From assembly GCF_009914755.1 (NCBI RefSeq), contig NC_060940.1: a DNA stretch of 64,000 nucleotides. One strand, 5' to 3'. Source of the DNA: the human T2T-CHM13v2.0 reference genome, Homo sapiens. How positions within the stretch are numbered: the stretch's first letter is position 1; every line of letters starts with the position of its first letter. Position numbers and translations under genes: made by a program. Below the pieces are notes generated by a model that was given only the letters and a program-made list of their open reading frames with translations, was not told where the DNA came from and searched no databases. Positions 26,971 through 40,005 of this stretch are shown in pieces.

Positions 26971-27685
26971 AAAGAGTCATGTTTGATTACTGCTTGGGAC
27001 TCTAGTACACAAATGTGCAGGTGGAAACTCCTGGCTGTGCCACAGATGCCTCACTCAGCTGAGAAACCCCATCTATGTCTTGCAAGGGACGAGACCCTGT
27101 TTTTCTTTAGAACTCACCATTAAAGCACATTTGCTACTTTCTGAAGTGGTCCTGTGTGAATCATCTTATCTAGGCCTCCTGCAATTCTGCACATCTTTAT
27201 TGTGTGGAAGACATGGCACTCTCCCACATGTATTAACTCATGAGGTAGGTGCAGTCATTATTACCATCCATGAGTGGAGAAACCAAGGCCCAGACAAATC
27301 AGGTGGACTGCCTGTGGCCTAATGGCTGGTAAGTGGAGCAGCCAGGATTTGGAAGCAGACAAGTAAATTCAAGATTCCATCATCTCAACCCCAGCTCCAC
27401 CTCACCTTTCTTGACACATTCAGCTTGAGATGATTATGTCCATTTTAATAGAGATAAGGTAGCAGAGATAAGAGACTGGGTAATTGGCTCATACTACAAT
27501 TGTGATTAGTAACAGAGGCAATGCTCTGCGGAATCCAGAACCCACACATGTGGGTCTAGAGTTTCTTCTGCTGCCCCCTGCCACTTGTACAAGTCAGGCT
27601 TAGTTAGGATAGAACATCTTTTTCCATATTGATGGAGGGAAGGGACTTCGCTCTTGAACTCTGTTGTTGCTTGTGATCTTTGCAG

Positions 27686-27790
27686 CAAATTGCTAACACT
27701 GTTGGGTGTGAAACCACCAACTCAGCTGTCATGGCTCACTGTCTGCGGCAGAAGATGGAAGAGGAGCTCTTGGAGACGACATTGAAAATG
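27686..27790 (+). pseudogene. CES1P2: CES1P2 exon 7
   Basis: [35 protein letters not shown]; AG/GT intact. Confidence 0.95.
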
Positions 27791-29509
27791 GTAGGTTGCC
27801 TGTTCCCGTAGCCCAAACCCTGTAAACTTGGTCCCAGACTTCTTCATTTCAGCTGTCCTCTTGCCCTGGGACAGTTACCTGGGGCAATTTCTCAAGTCTC
27901 AGGAGTCTCAGTATCTGAATGGGGAATCTAATTTGTCCTTTTTTTTATTGAAAAATGACACAAATGTAAAAACAAAGTCCAAAAATAACATGATAAAAAA
28001 ACTGACCAAATTTACTATTTGACCAAATTTTAATATTTTGCCATTCTTGTTTTCAGATGTATTTTTGAGAAACTAAACATTACATATTCCCAGGGGACAC
28101 CATCATTCTGAATTTTGGGGATGGAGTTATTAAGCTCAAAGATTTTCAGAAAGATGTCACAAGTTATCTTGGTTGACTTAGAAACTGTCTGTATTAGACC
28201 TGGTAGTGGTCCAGTTTTCTAGATTTTCTGAGACTCTGACTCAGTTGTCATTCTAGGATAGTCGTTCGTCCACTCAATCATTAATCCATCTACTATGATC
28301 TTCTTATGCATCTATGTGTTCACTAATTCATCCCATTCATTGATATATTTTTATCAATCTAATATCAACCTGTTCATAACTTTTTATTTTTCTATTTTCA
28401 ATCTATCCACTGTTCATGCATCATCCAGCCACCATATATCTTAACTCTATCACCCCATTCCTCCAAAACCAACAATCCAGTTATCACCTATCTGTTAGTT
28501 TTCACCCACTATTCATGTATCCATCCAATTCAACTGTACTCCAGCTATTGGTGAAGCCATCCATCCCTCCATTTATCCACCCATCCATCCATGCTAAGTA
28601 TGTAGGGGTGGGTGTTAGAGGTAGTGAAACAGACATGAAGTGGACATAGTCCCTGCTCACATATACTTTTCAGGTTGAGTATGGTGGCAGCACAGAGGGG
28701 AAGCATTCATTGTAGTCATCAGGGGTGCTTCACAGAGAAGGTGGACGAGCCGAATTTGAGACCAGACAGCGGAATTCGGGAATTCATGCCCTTAACCCTG
28801 ACTCCACCTTATCTTTCTTGAGAAATTCAGCATTGAGATCATTGTGCCCATTTTAATAGAGGTAACAGAGACAGAGAAATTTTGTAATTGGCTCATGTCA
28901 CAGTTCCAGTTAGTCAGAGGCAACACAGTTCCAGTTAGGACCCAGAACCCACACCTGTGGGTCTAGAATATCTTCTGCCATTCCTGCTGTCCTCACATAT
29001 TAGGACTTGGGGACCTTTATGATTGACGGACAGCTGTGGCAGTCTCTCAACACAGGGAAGCCCAGCAGGACAAACACCCAGATGACACAGCACCCAGGGC
29101 CATTGGGAACTATTCCCTTTGAGGGAGAAGGGTGTGAATTCCAAGCTCATGAGTAGCCTGATCTCTGGAATCCCTCCTTGGACCTGAGGCTACTCCTGGG
29201 TCCCAGGTCCGGCTGCTACCACTGGACTCTGCTTGTGTTTACATGGGTTGAGTCCAATGTGGTCTTGGAGCTTAGGTCTTGGTTCAAGCTCTAAATGACC
29301 AAAGTGTTCAAGGAATTAAAACACAACTGCTTTCTAATGCCTGGAAGGAGGCAAACATTCCAGCAATTCTGCATGTGGCATCAGAGGACCCAGCTTAAAA
29401 GGAAAAACTTGGTAACTTTGGGAAAATCCAGCCCTAAGATCCTGGGACATCCTTCTGAGATTTTCTGAGATCTTGTGGGAGCGCCTCCATGATTACCCAC
29501 TGCCTCCAG

Positions 29510-29710
29510 TACACACACATGCAGACACACAGAGAAACACACACACATAGACACACACACACAGAGAAACACACACACAGACACACAGAGACACACACAA
29601 ACACACACACAGACACACACACAGAGAAACACACAGACACAGACAGAGGCACACACAAACACACACACAGACAAACACACACACAAACACACACACACAC
29701 ACACAGACAC
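29510..29710. repeat. Compound (CA)n/(CACAGA)n microsatellite
   Basis: Directly visible. Confidence 0.95.
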
Positions 29711-30652
29711 TCCTGGCTAGTGGGACTACAATCCTTAATGGAGAGACCTGCACTGGTTACTTCCTGCGAACAGGCCAGACACGTGAGCTACAGTGCAGCG
29801 ATACAATCACTGCAATCTTCATGAACACACACCAAAGAGAAGCATGGGGTAGGGTAAGTTTCAGTGAGTTGTATGAGTCAGAGCTGTGTAATGGGAGATG
29901 AGAAAACTCCCCCAAGGTGCCTTGAATGGAAAAAGGAATGTGTTGGAATAACATCCTTGTGTTAACTGAAAAACTCAGGAGTTGACAGTTTCAGGCATGG
30001 CTGGATCCAGATGCCTATTGAATGTTATTGAGAATCTACCATTCTCTATCCTTCAGCTTTGGACAACTCTGTGTTGACTTCACTCTTCAGCAGATACATC
30101 TTCTGGGAAGGTTAAAGACAACAGCACTCTAGAGTTATATCCTATCTGCTTCGAAACCCTCTGTCCAAACAATTCCTACAAAAGTTCTGGGGTAAACTCT
30201 ATTGGATTGACATGGATGTATACCTATCCCTGAACTAATACCCGCAATCAGGGAAATGGAGCGCCCCAGGTCACATATAGATGCCTGAATTCATGGAGTG
30301 ATAGGGAAAGAAAGAGATCCCTGAAAAAGAATGGGGGTATTCTTCCCTGGGGAACAGGAAGGGGAGAGGGATGGGGGACAGGGAAGGCTCCAAAAGCAGG
30401 TGTCCTATCCAGAGCTGTAGCAATGCTGGCTCAGAGTTCCTGGCCCATCCTTCCCGTGCCAGTGCCCACTCTTTCGTTCTATGCCTTCACCCTGTGCTCA
30501 GGCCCAGCAGAGCCAGAGTCCGGCCCACTTCCTCTGGGCCCAGCCAGCTCGGCACCAGGAGGGAGAACCTGACACCTCTGCTGCCCCACTCACCCAGCTC
30601 AGTGTTCTCCTGGGAAGCCTCTTACCCACATCCTCTGCTTTTGTCTTCACAG

Positions 30653-30691
30653 AATTTCTGAACTCTAGACTTACATGGAGACCCCAGAGAG
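30653..30691 (+). pseudogene. CES1P2: CES1P2 exon 8 with premature stop
   Basis: AAT TTC TGA ACT CTA GAC TTA CAT GGA GAC CCC AGA GAG = NF*TLDLHGDPRE; TGA at 30659-30661. Confidence 0.93.
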
Positions 30692-33473
30692 GTAAGGACA
30701 TTTTGTTTCTCGATTGCGGGTTTTGAGTCTTAGCACCTTTAAGCTCCAATTAACTATAAGTGAAAGAATCCTCTCTCGGGTAATTATAGGAACTCCTGTG
30801 TGCTTGATGCTGAGGCCCAGAGAGGGGCAGTCACTCACCTGGGTAACACAGCCAGGAAGACTAGTGGCTGGCCTGGAACCCATTTTCCTGACTCCCAGTC
30901 CAGTGCTCCCAGGCATCACCTCTGTATGCCCTGGGCTCTGCCCACTCCCCTGCTTTTTTACATTTTCTGCTCCCCAAAATGGCACTATGGGAGGAGGTTG
31001 AACCAGAACATTCCACTATCGGGAGGCAGAGATAACAGGGATGATTAGCCACGGAGAGGGGAAGCCTGAATCTCAGTCCAAGGACACTCAACTCCTCCCA
31101 GCACACAGGAGTCTCCAACAATATCCTCCTGATCTCCTCACCACCCCCACCTCCCAATGGGTTGACAGTTTCTGGTGACATCACCTCTGACGAATCTTAC
31201 AATCCTGTCCTCTCTGCTGCCTTCCTGGAGGTCACAGCACTCTCCTAAATGGTCATGGGCGGAGTACACGAGATTCATCCAGCAAAGACTTAATAAACAC
31301 TTCCTATATGCCAGGACTTGTTTAGGAGCTGGTGATATAGGAGTAAAACAAGAAAGACTCCCTGCCCTCTTGGGACCTTCCATTACAGTGTAGGGAGAGT
31401 GCAATAAAAAAGCAAATCTAGTATGTATTCTGTTGGATGGTGTGCAGCATTAGGGGTAGAGTTTGCAGGTGGTTTCAATTTAAGTAGCAGGATCAGGGAA
31501 TGGCTCAATAAGAAGGTGGCATTTGAGCCAAGCTCTGGAGGAGGCAGGAAGCCAGCTGTCAGGAAACCTGGGGAAGCCTATTCCAGGCAGAGGGAACAGC
31601 CACTGCAAAGACCCCGATGGAAGTGGCAGGTCCAGCTGGAGAGGATGGAGTGTGGGGACAGACTGGCTTGAGGCTGAAGAGGTAATGGGAAGTGGGAGAG
31701 GGATCATTTAAAGTAGTTGCATTTGGATTCTGAGCAAGATGGGAAGCCTTTGGAGGTTTTGAACAGAGGAGTCACATGATCTTAGATTTCACAAAGGTCT
31801 CTGCCCCTGGTGATCAAATAGACTGTAGGAAACGGGCAGAGTGGATGCAGCTGACCAGCTGGCAGGCCACTGCATTGCCATAATCCAGGCAATGGCTCCT
31901 GGCTGCTTAAGGCTGTAGTAGTGGGGATGGGAGGAATGGTTGGAGTCTGGATATCTTTGAAGGAATAGCTGAGAGGATTCGCTGATGGACAGGATGCTAG
32001 GGGTAAGAAAGGGAGAGGAGTGGAGGATGTCCTGAGTTTTCGGGCAGAAGCAAAGTCATACCCACACAGGGCAGCCACTTGAAAACTCTAAGTGGACAAC
32101 AATCACTTGTCATTGTTGCTGATGGCAGTCTTCCCACTTGGCTGCCACCCAACCAGGGCAATCCTGTCTCTCTCCTCAACTTTTATCCTTTTCTACTTCA
32201 TATCCTCTACCCAATTCCGTGTCTCATGGTGCAGCCAGATTGGCCTTCCTTAACAGAGTTAGAGTGCGTCACCCCCACTTCTTAAAAGCCTGACCTTCCT
32301 TATGAGACAAATTCCCTTCCCTCCATGGAGTTAGTCCTTCAAAACACACCTGCGTGCGCACTATGTGCCAGACTATACAGAAGGTAGGCTCTGCACCTGT
32401 CCCTCCCTCTAAAACCTGCCCCACGATAATTTTCCAAGCCCAGAACTCCTGAGTGTTTCTGGAATTTACCCTGCATAGTGATATCTATGTCCCTTTGCTC
32501 ACGTGGTTCCCGTTTTTTAGAAATTCTCACTCCTTTCCTCACTTGTCAATACCAGTCACTGCCCAGAGCCCACTGCAGGCAGGCGGCACCTCCTCCACGT
32601 AGCCTGCCCTGCATCTTCCTTGCAGAGAAGCTGCTCCTCTTGCTGGCCTCCCACGGCAGCCCTGCCTGAACTGCACAGCCTCTCAAGGAGGCCGGACTTG
32701 CACCCCAATCCTGTTCCGTATTGTCAGCCATATTGGATTAGGATCTGCACCTTGTCCAGCTGGTTCTGGTCCACTTCACAGAACATTTCCCCCAGGCAGC
32801 CCGAACTAGCTCGTCATTCATTGGCTTTTGTAGAGCAGAACAAAGGTCCTGGAAGCCATAGGGTCTCAAAAAAGCTAGGAATTGTCCAGTTGCATCTGAT
32901 ATCTGGGAGGGAAATACAGCCCATAGGGCATGGAGCTGGGAAGATGGCACAGAGGACTGGGGTCTATGAGAGGGACCCACAGCAACCCTGCTAACAAGTA
33001 ATACCTAACAGTTATTCAGCCCTTCCAGACACCAGGTGCTGCGCTAAGTATTTTGCATGTGTTCAGCCATTTAATTCCTCACAATAACTCACCTCTTAGA
33101 TGAGAAAACTGAGGCCCAAACAGGTGAAACTCCCAGCCAGTAAGTAGCAGAGCCAGGCTTCAGATCCAGTTAATCTGGTTTCAAAGTCCATACTCTGTTT
33201 TAACTGTACCCAGAACCAGCTGCCCTGATGGCAATGCGTGAATCAGGCTCTCGCTAATCTGTGACCATACAAAAATTATTCATCAAAGGTAAAACCTAAA
33301 ATTAGGACATGGATCAATATACTGTGAGTTCATCACTGATTCTTTTATTCATGATTTTCTCTCTAATAGGGAATCTCGTCCTAGTCTAGGCTCCTTGAGT
33401 GATGAGGGTTCCGTACCTCCTCAAAGCCACCCATGGATCAATAACAGCTCTCATTTAAATAGAGATAGATAGC

Positions 33474-34387
33474 ACAATCTCTCCTCATTAATCATGGATT
33501 CTGCGTTTATAAATTCACCTGCTTCCTAAAATGTCCTTATAACCCCCAAATCGATACTGGTGGCACTTTCATGGTCACACACAGGCAGGTACAGAGTAGG
33601 GGAATCTGGATTTGCATGATGGGCACGTTCCATCTGAGATCCGGCAAGGCAACCTCTGTCTTCTTGTTTCATCTCTCAAGCTAACAAGTGTCCTCTTCGT
33701 GGTCAATTTAGTGCCATGTGTTCTGCATTTTTGTGCTTTTTCTGGTGATGTCACTGTTCAGAGTTGCCCGCAAGAGTAGCGCTGCTGTCTAGTGTTCCTG
33801 AGCTAAGCAGGCTGTGCTGTGCCTTACCGGGAAGGCGCCTGTGTGAGATAAGCTTGGGCAGTGCTGCTGGCCATGCGTTCGTTGTTGAAAAATCCACAAA
33901 ACTGCACATACAGGAAAAGGAGGAGGAAATTGGCCAGTTCATACATGAGGCTGTGATGGGAAGTGCTAAAGTAACACCTACTGTGTGTGATGCAGCTGTG
34001 GAAAGATGGAAAAGAAACTGCATTGGGAGATTCATGAGATGATGAAGGAATTTTTAAAAAGCAGGATGGACAGCACTGTTGTGAGGTTGAAAACAGGAAA
34101 TTTACACTCATCTTACCCAGGGTCAAAAAATGGGAAGGGCTTTTCAGCTGGTGTTTTATTAAAAGTAATCCTACTTATAATTAACTCTTTGTAAGACTTA
34201 TGTATTATATAAAGTGTCTTTCAACAGAAACCCACACATAAAAGAAGGTTGATGAAAATGTTGTGGCCAGAGGTTTGCAAGAACCTAACCCAGTATTTCC
34301 CCTTTGAGTGAAGACCCTGTATTCTCTAATTCAGCACTCGTGGGAGCTTTGTCGGAAGCAACTGCTGGGACTACCGAAAACAACTGT
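33474..34387 (+). mobile_element. Tigger6-like TcMar DNA transposon remnant
   Basis: cctcattaatcatggattctgcg...gtaacccccaaatcgatact-like start ...aacaagtgtcctcttcgtggtcaatttagtgcc; end segment ggtttgcaagaacctaacccagtatttcccc. Confidence 0.7.
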
Positions 34388-34701
34388 GGACACAGAGAGG
34401 GAAATGCATGTACTTCAAATTGAAGTATATAGACATGTAATTTTATATAGATAATACATGTATTTCAGTCTGAGTGAAGATTTCTTCCTCTCCTCGTCAC
34501 CTGACCAGTGTCAGCTTCTGCCTGAAGTTCTGCCCCTGAGTCACACATCTATCCTCCTTAGTTAGGACCCTGTGTGTGCATACCCATGGCCCAAAGTCAC
34601 GCCGGTCTAGGGTGCTGGTCTCACCCTCAGACAGGCAGAGTTGGGGACACGGTTGTGACCTAGGGTGGGAATCACAGGCGCTGTGTTGCTCTCTCCCCCA
34701 G

Positions 34702-34842
34702 AGTTACCCCCACACACCCACGGTGATTGATGGAGTGGTGCTGCCAAAAACACCCGAGGAGCTTCAAGCTGAAAGGAAGTTCCACACTGTCCCCTACATT
34801 GTCGGATTTAACAGGAAGGAATTTGGCTGGTTTCTTCCAACA
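34702..34842 (+). pseudogene. CES1P2: CES1P2 exon 9 (catalytic Glu retained)
   Basis: [47 protein letters not shown]; within ORF 34576..35058. Confidence 0.95.
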
Positions 34843-35311
34843 GTGAGAAGGCGCAGGCCTCTTGGAGGGACTCACCCACCCCCATCAGCCCTCCCACCTC
34901 TGATCCCAGGAGTGCTTCCCTCTCCAAGCACTGCTCTGAGTCCTGGGCAGCTGTTCCCTTCAGCAGGAGGTAACATTTCCATGGAAACCTTCTCCAGGAG
35001 GGCACAGTTGTCACCGGGATATCAGGGCCCTGGGATCCCCTCTCCCCAGACTCTCTGATTGTCTTCCTATTGAAGAATCCTGAAGTGTCTGTGCTGGGAG
35101 GACCAGTAGATAAAATAACTGTGCAGATGGGAAAACTGAGGGGGCCTAGGAGGGGAAAGGAGTTGAGGAGTCCGGAGAGGCAGTCGGGGGCTTCCTGGCT
35201 TCCCACTTTGGGCTGGGTATGCATAGTTCCCCCATAAATCACTCATGCTCTTCATCACCTCATTGAAAAGATCCAAAAAAGTGGCTTCTTTTGATTTCCC
35301 ATTGACTTCTA

Positions 35312-35523
35312 GGGAACAGTAGACACCAGGGTCTACTTGAGGGATGACGGTCAGAGGAGGGTGAGGATGGACAAGTTACCTAATCGGGTGCTGTGCTCAA
35401 TACCTGGTGACAAAATAATCCATACAGCAAACTCCAGAGACACAATTTACCCATGTAACAAACCTGCACCTGTACCCCCAACCCTAAAATAAAAATTGGG
35501 AATAAAAAGTGGAAGAAAGAAAG
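35312..35523 (+). mobile_element. Short 5'-truncated L1PA 3' end
   Basis: acccatgtaacaaacctgcac...taaaataaaa; 11-bp TSD ATTGACTTCTA at 35301-35311 and 35524-35534. Confidence 0.85.
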
Positions 35524-36731
35524 ATTGACTTCTAAAATTGAAAAAGCGTTCTCCTTCCAGTCGAGGACACACAAAGCTGACCATGATTAAAGCAGTAGGA
35601 CAGAATTTATTCAGTAACACAACTGCACAGAGGAAAGAAGAGTCCAGTATGGATTGGACTCAAATCCCCAAAACTAACTCCTGGCACTGTTTTAAAGGCT
35701 GAGTGTGCAAAAGGATAGGCACTGTGTGCTGTGGAGAGGGACTTGGTCCATGTGACTAGACCGCCTGGATGTCTTCATCCTGGCTCACCTGGGGCAGAAA
35801 CAAACTCCTCTTATCGTCAGGACAGGAAGCCATGCATTAGACTGCAGGAAGAACCCACTGAAGTCAGGCTCTACTCTTTCCACAGGGACTGGGAAGATCA
35901 GGAGTCAGCTCCCTGAATGTTTGCATTGCAAAGAGAAGGCTCTAAGGCCCTCAAGGAAATGGGGTTGGGTGGTAAATTCCATCCCAAAGGGCAGAGAAAG
36001 TGTTTATCATTGCAGGCTTCTAAACTAACTGCTCTAGTTGGGTTCAGGGGCCTGTCTGCTTCTCTCCAGGTTTTGGCTGGAGCAGAGTAAATTGTTCTGG
36101 CAGAGTTGAGCCTTCCCAGGCAAGCATGTTAAGGATACTGGAGTCATTCTAGGGACACAGCCTTAAGCTGCTAGAAGCGATGCTAGAGTTTCGTCGAGTC
36201 TCTGAGTGCAGAGGTTTGGGCAGAGTTGTTTTGTGTGAAGAGATATGAAGTTCGCCCCTCAGAAGGATTTCAGAGGTTATACCAAAGACCAAAGCCATGA
36301 AGGCAGGCTCTAAGGCTTTCAGTGTCATCTGTGACAGGTGGGGGTACTAGGGAGGTCTGCATCCTCTTCCCCAGAACCCTCTATTCCACACTGGCTTGGC
36401 AGACACCTTCCCTCACCATGTCACTGGCCACTGTAGGTATCCCAGCCTGACACACACACAAAACACACACACACACACACACACACTGCAAAACACTGCC
36501 ACAGCTTCTCCACATTTTTTTTTTTTTTGTAATCTTTGCAATGCTTGAGTTTCTGGATATAAGCCCATTTGATTCATTGATTTTGCCCATTTCAGTAAAA
36601 ACCCATGCCTTTAAAAGCCCAAAATATTGGAGGACTTTCAGTCTGCATTGATTTGGTTGGTTCGTCAGTTTGTTTCTTCTCGTTAATTCCCAATGATTCA
36701 TAAATGCTTAACTTTTTTTTTTTTTTAACAG

Positions 36732-36812
36732 TTGATGAGCTATCTACTCTCCGAAGGGAAACTGGACCAGAAGACAGCCATGTCACTCTTCTGGAAGTCC
36801 TATCCCTTTGTT
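36732..36812 (+). pseudogene. CES1P2: CES1P2 exon 10
   Basis: [27 protein letters not shown]; poly-T tract plus CAG, donor GTAAGA. Confidence 0.94.
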
Positions 36813-37074
36813 GTAAGAGTCTAGGAATCACGGGAATTGGCTAGGACCCACAGAGCGACAAGGATTGACCAAATTATAGAGCAATTAAATGGCCGAATGA
36901 AGACTGGGGCCTCAGGGTTTCTCCCATCTTTCCACCTTTCCCACTTCACTTTCCACCCTAGCGGGGAGTTGCACAGGGCTTGTGGGATTCACCATTGAGG
37001 CAGCCCTTCCTGGTGGGCTGGAGAAGCTACATCGCTCACCAGGGGGTGGTTGTCACTTTATTGATCTATTTTAG

Positions 37075-37222
37075 CGCATTCCTAAGGAATTGATTCCAGA
37101 AGCCATTGAGAAGTACTTAGGAGGAACAGATGACCCTGTCAAGAAGAAAGACCTGTTCCTGGACTTAATGGGGGACGTACTGTTCGGTGTCCCATCTGTG
37201 ACTGTGGCCCGGAACCACAGAG
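37075..37222 (+). pseudogene. CES1P2: CES1P2 exon 11
   Basis: [49 protein letters not shown]; AG/GT intact. Confidence 0.95.
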
Positions 37223-39869
37223 GTGAGTCCTAGAGGTCGAACAGGGGAGGGATATGGACCCCACCAGCTTCTGTATCTGACTCACCTACCTCCCAGCATA
37301 GACAGATGTGGAAACAGCCGAGGGTCAGGCCTCAAAGGCTGATTCCATATGGCATGGGATGAGGTGCTGTCTTATTTTGGTTTATGCCAGTAGCAGCCTG
37401 TGAAAAAAAAAACCAGAGGCAAGCGGTTTTTTTAAGGTGGTGATCCCAGATATCAGCAGTAGGGCGGTGGGGAAGTGAGAGAGGAAAGAGATGGAATCCA
37501 ATCCAAGGTGCCTTGACAAGGGAGTATCCTCTGTGGACAACTGGAGCTGGGAAACTCAAGGAAACACTGAGAATACAGCACTCAGGGGCATCCCATCTGA
37601 GCACCAAGGGAGCTGGGGTATTTATCCACCAGCTCCCACTTGTCATTGTTTGAAGGCTCTTGCAAGGAGTTGTTTATTCCCTGTGACTTTGACCTGCTGC
37701 ACACAAGGGCAGAGTAGTCTCTTGTGACCAGACAAAGGCCTCAGGCCGGGAGCTGCAGATGCTGGAGGTAGAAGTCAGGCTGGCATGCCCAGGAAGAGGG
37801 GATATGGGTGAGACACTGACAGCATCTGCTGCAAGGGCTCCATGCCTGGAGTTATCGTGGGACATAGGGCTGCTGTAGGACAAATATTGAAAGATGAGTC
37901 TTGGAAGGTTTTTAAGGTCCAAGTTGGCTGCAAACAAGCTTGTTAAGCATTGGAGCTGGAAGAACAATGGGAGTCCTGCACAGGATCCAGAGGATTGTCC
38001 AGGACCAAGAAGGCCAAAAGTAAGAGCTATGGTGGGTGTGGGGGAGGTGGTCGGAAGAATGGCAATGTCTGAGGCTGGCTTTTGTCTATCTCGGTGTGTG
38101 CAGGAACATGCAAGCACAGTGCCAGGACAGGGTCTATGCAGGACCTTCTACCACTGACCCAAGGCTGTGTGGGTGGGGCATGAGGTTAGGGATGCGTGGG
38201 CTCACCTCTAGAGAAGTGTCTTCTCCTGGGTGCCAACTAGAGGAGGCTCACAGGACTCCTCTTTTTCTTCCAGCTCTCATTCGCCTAGTCTGCAAGCCAG
38301 GAAATGTCCTCTCTCTAACCATGCTGGAAAGGTTTTTAAATTTGGAACTTCATAAGCTAAAGCTAAAGCTATAGCTAAAGCTGATGTCGCAGGTGCCCAG
38401 ACACACCTTTGCACAGGAAGGGGCAGGTGCTCATAACTCTCACTTCTTCACAAAGTCCTGATAAAACCCTATAACCAGGACCACTGGAGTTGAATCATTT
38501 CTGTCTTAAACTTGGCTTTGCCCCATGCTCTGCATCTGATCTATATATAGTGTTCCCATCTCCATCTTCCAATGGTTTGAGCAATACTGAACCTCTGTTT
38601 TTCATCTGATTTCCCACAACTTTGAGTTCAGAGTTTTTTGTTGTTGTTGTTGTTGTTGTTTGCCAGGACTACACAGATCTTATCAACTTTCACTTATTGT
38701 TGTGTCTCACTCTTTTTGATAAAAACAACATTTCTGAACATAAAGTTAATATGTTAAAGTTAATATGAAGAAAGTTTCAAAAATATGGAAACACGTAAAG
38801 AAGAAACTACATATCACTCCTAATTCCCCCACCTGGAGGCAAGTGGTATAAATTTTTTTGTACTTTCTTCTAAAGATTTTTCATGTCCTATATACTTTAA
38901 AAATCAATTTTATATTTCGCTTTTGTTCATAGAACACTATGTTGTGAGGATTTTCTCAATATTCATATAAACTCATCAAAACATTCCTTATTCCATGAAA
39001 TGGCTGTGTTAAATAGACTTTAATATTCCTATCCTATTAGATGTTTAGCCTGGCTGCTCACATTCTGATACTACAATAACACTGAGTTCAGCCTAATGTT
39101 TATAAGAATCTAACCACATGTCTAGTAATTTTCTTGGAATTCTTTTTAGAAGTGAATAACTAGGCTGGACCAAAGAAATATTTTTGAACTCTTGGCAAAT
39201 AATGCAAATTTGCATTCCAGTGCATAAGAACGTGGATTTCTTAATTTACTTTCTCATTTGGGATACCAAGGTTAAAAGTTAATGCTGCCAATTTGCCCCA
39301 CCAAAAAGAAGCACATCACCCTGTATTCTTTTGCATGTCTTTCATGACATGTCTTTCATTGTCTCTGCTTCTCTTCTTGTGCCTATTTGTCATTGCCCAA
39401 AACTGTGCCCTACTTTCCTCTGAAGACTTGTGTTGTGACTGTAGGAATTCTATGAATATCAATCACTTTAGCCAAAAAGGTTTGACAAAGTACATTTTGG
39501 GCAGCATGCTGCCTATAATAATTTCTATCATTCACAAAAGCTCTTTCCTCTATAGTTGGCTCTGAGTTCCTTTGGAAAATGTTTGAATGGCAAAGGCAAG
39601 GTCAAACCCTCCTTTTAGCAAGTTTTGCTTGACCTTGAAGCAGCCATTTAACAGGTGGATTACAGAGCCACAGAAGGATGGCATCTTCCCAAGTGCGCTT
39701 CCTGCTGAGCCAAGGGTGCAGTGCAGGAGGCTGACAAAGATGAGTGAATAGATTATTCTTCATTCTTACATTGAAATGACATGTGCGGGTGGGGCGTGAG
39801 GTTAGGGATGCGTGAGCTCCTGTTGTTAAATCCTTTTGTGGCTGAATATTTAAGAATGTTAAGAAATGA

Positions 39870-40005
39870 TGGCTGGAGGTGGTGGCTCATACCTATACTC
39901 TCAGCCCTTTGGGAGACTGAAGTGGGAGGATTGTGAGAACCTAGGATTTCAAGATCAGCCTGGGCAACATAGTGAGATCCTGTCTCTACAACAAAATTGT
40001 TTTCA
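39870..40005 (+). mobile_element. Alu monomer (FLAM-like)
   Basis: ggtggctcatacctata...tttgggagactgaagtgggaggatt...cagcctgggcaacatagtgaga. Confidence 0.8.

Noticed and set aside
29381-29824. CV- and TH-rich ORFs
   Set aside because: Products of the (CA)n compound microsatellite.
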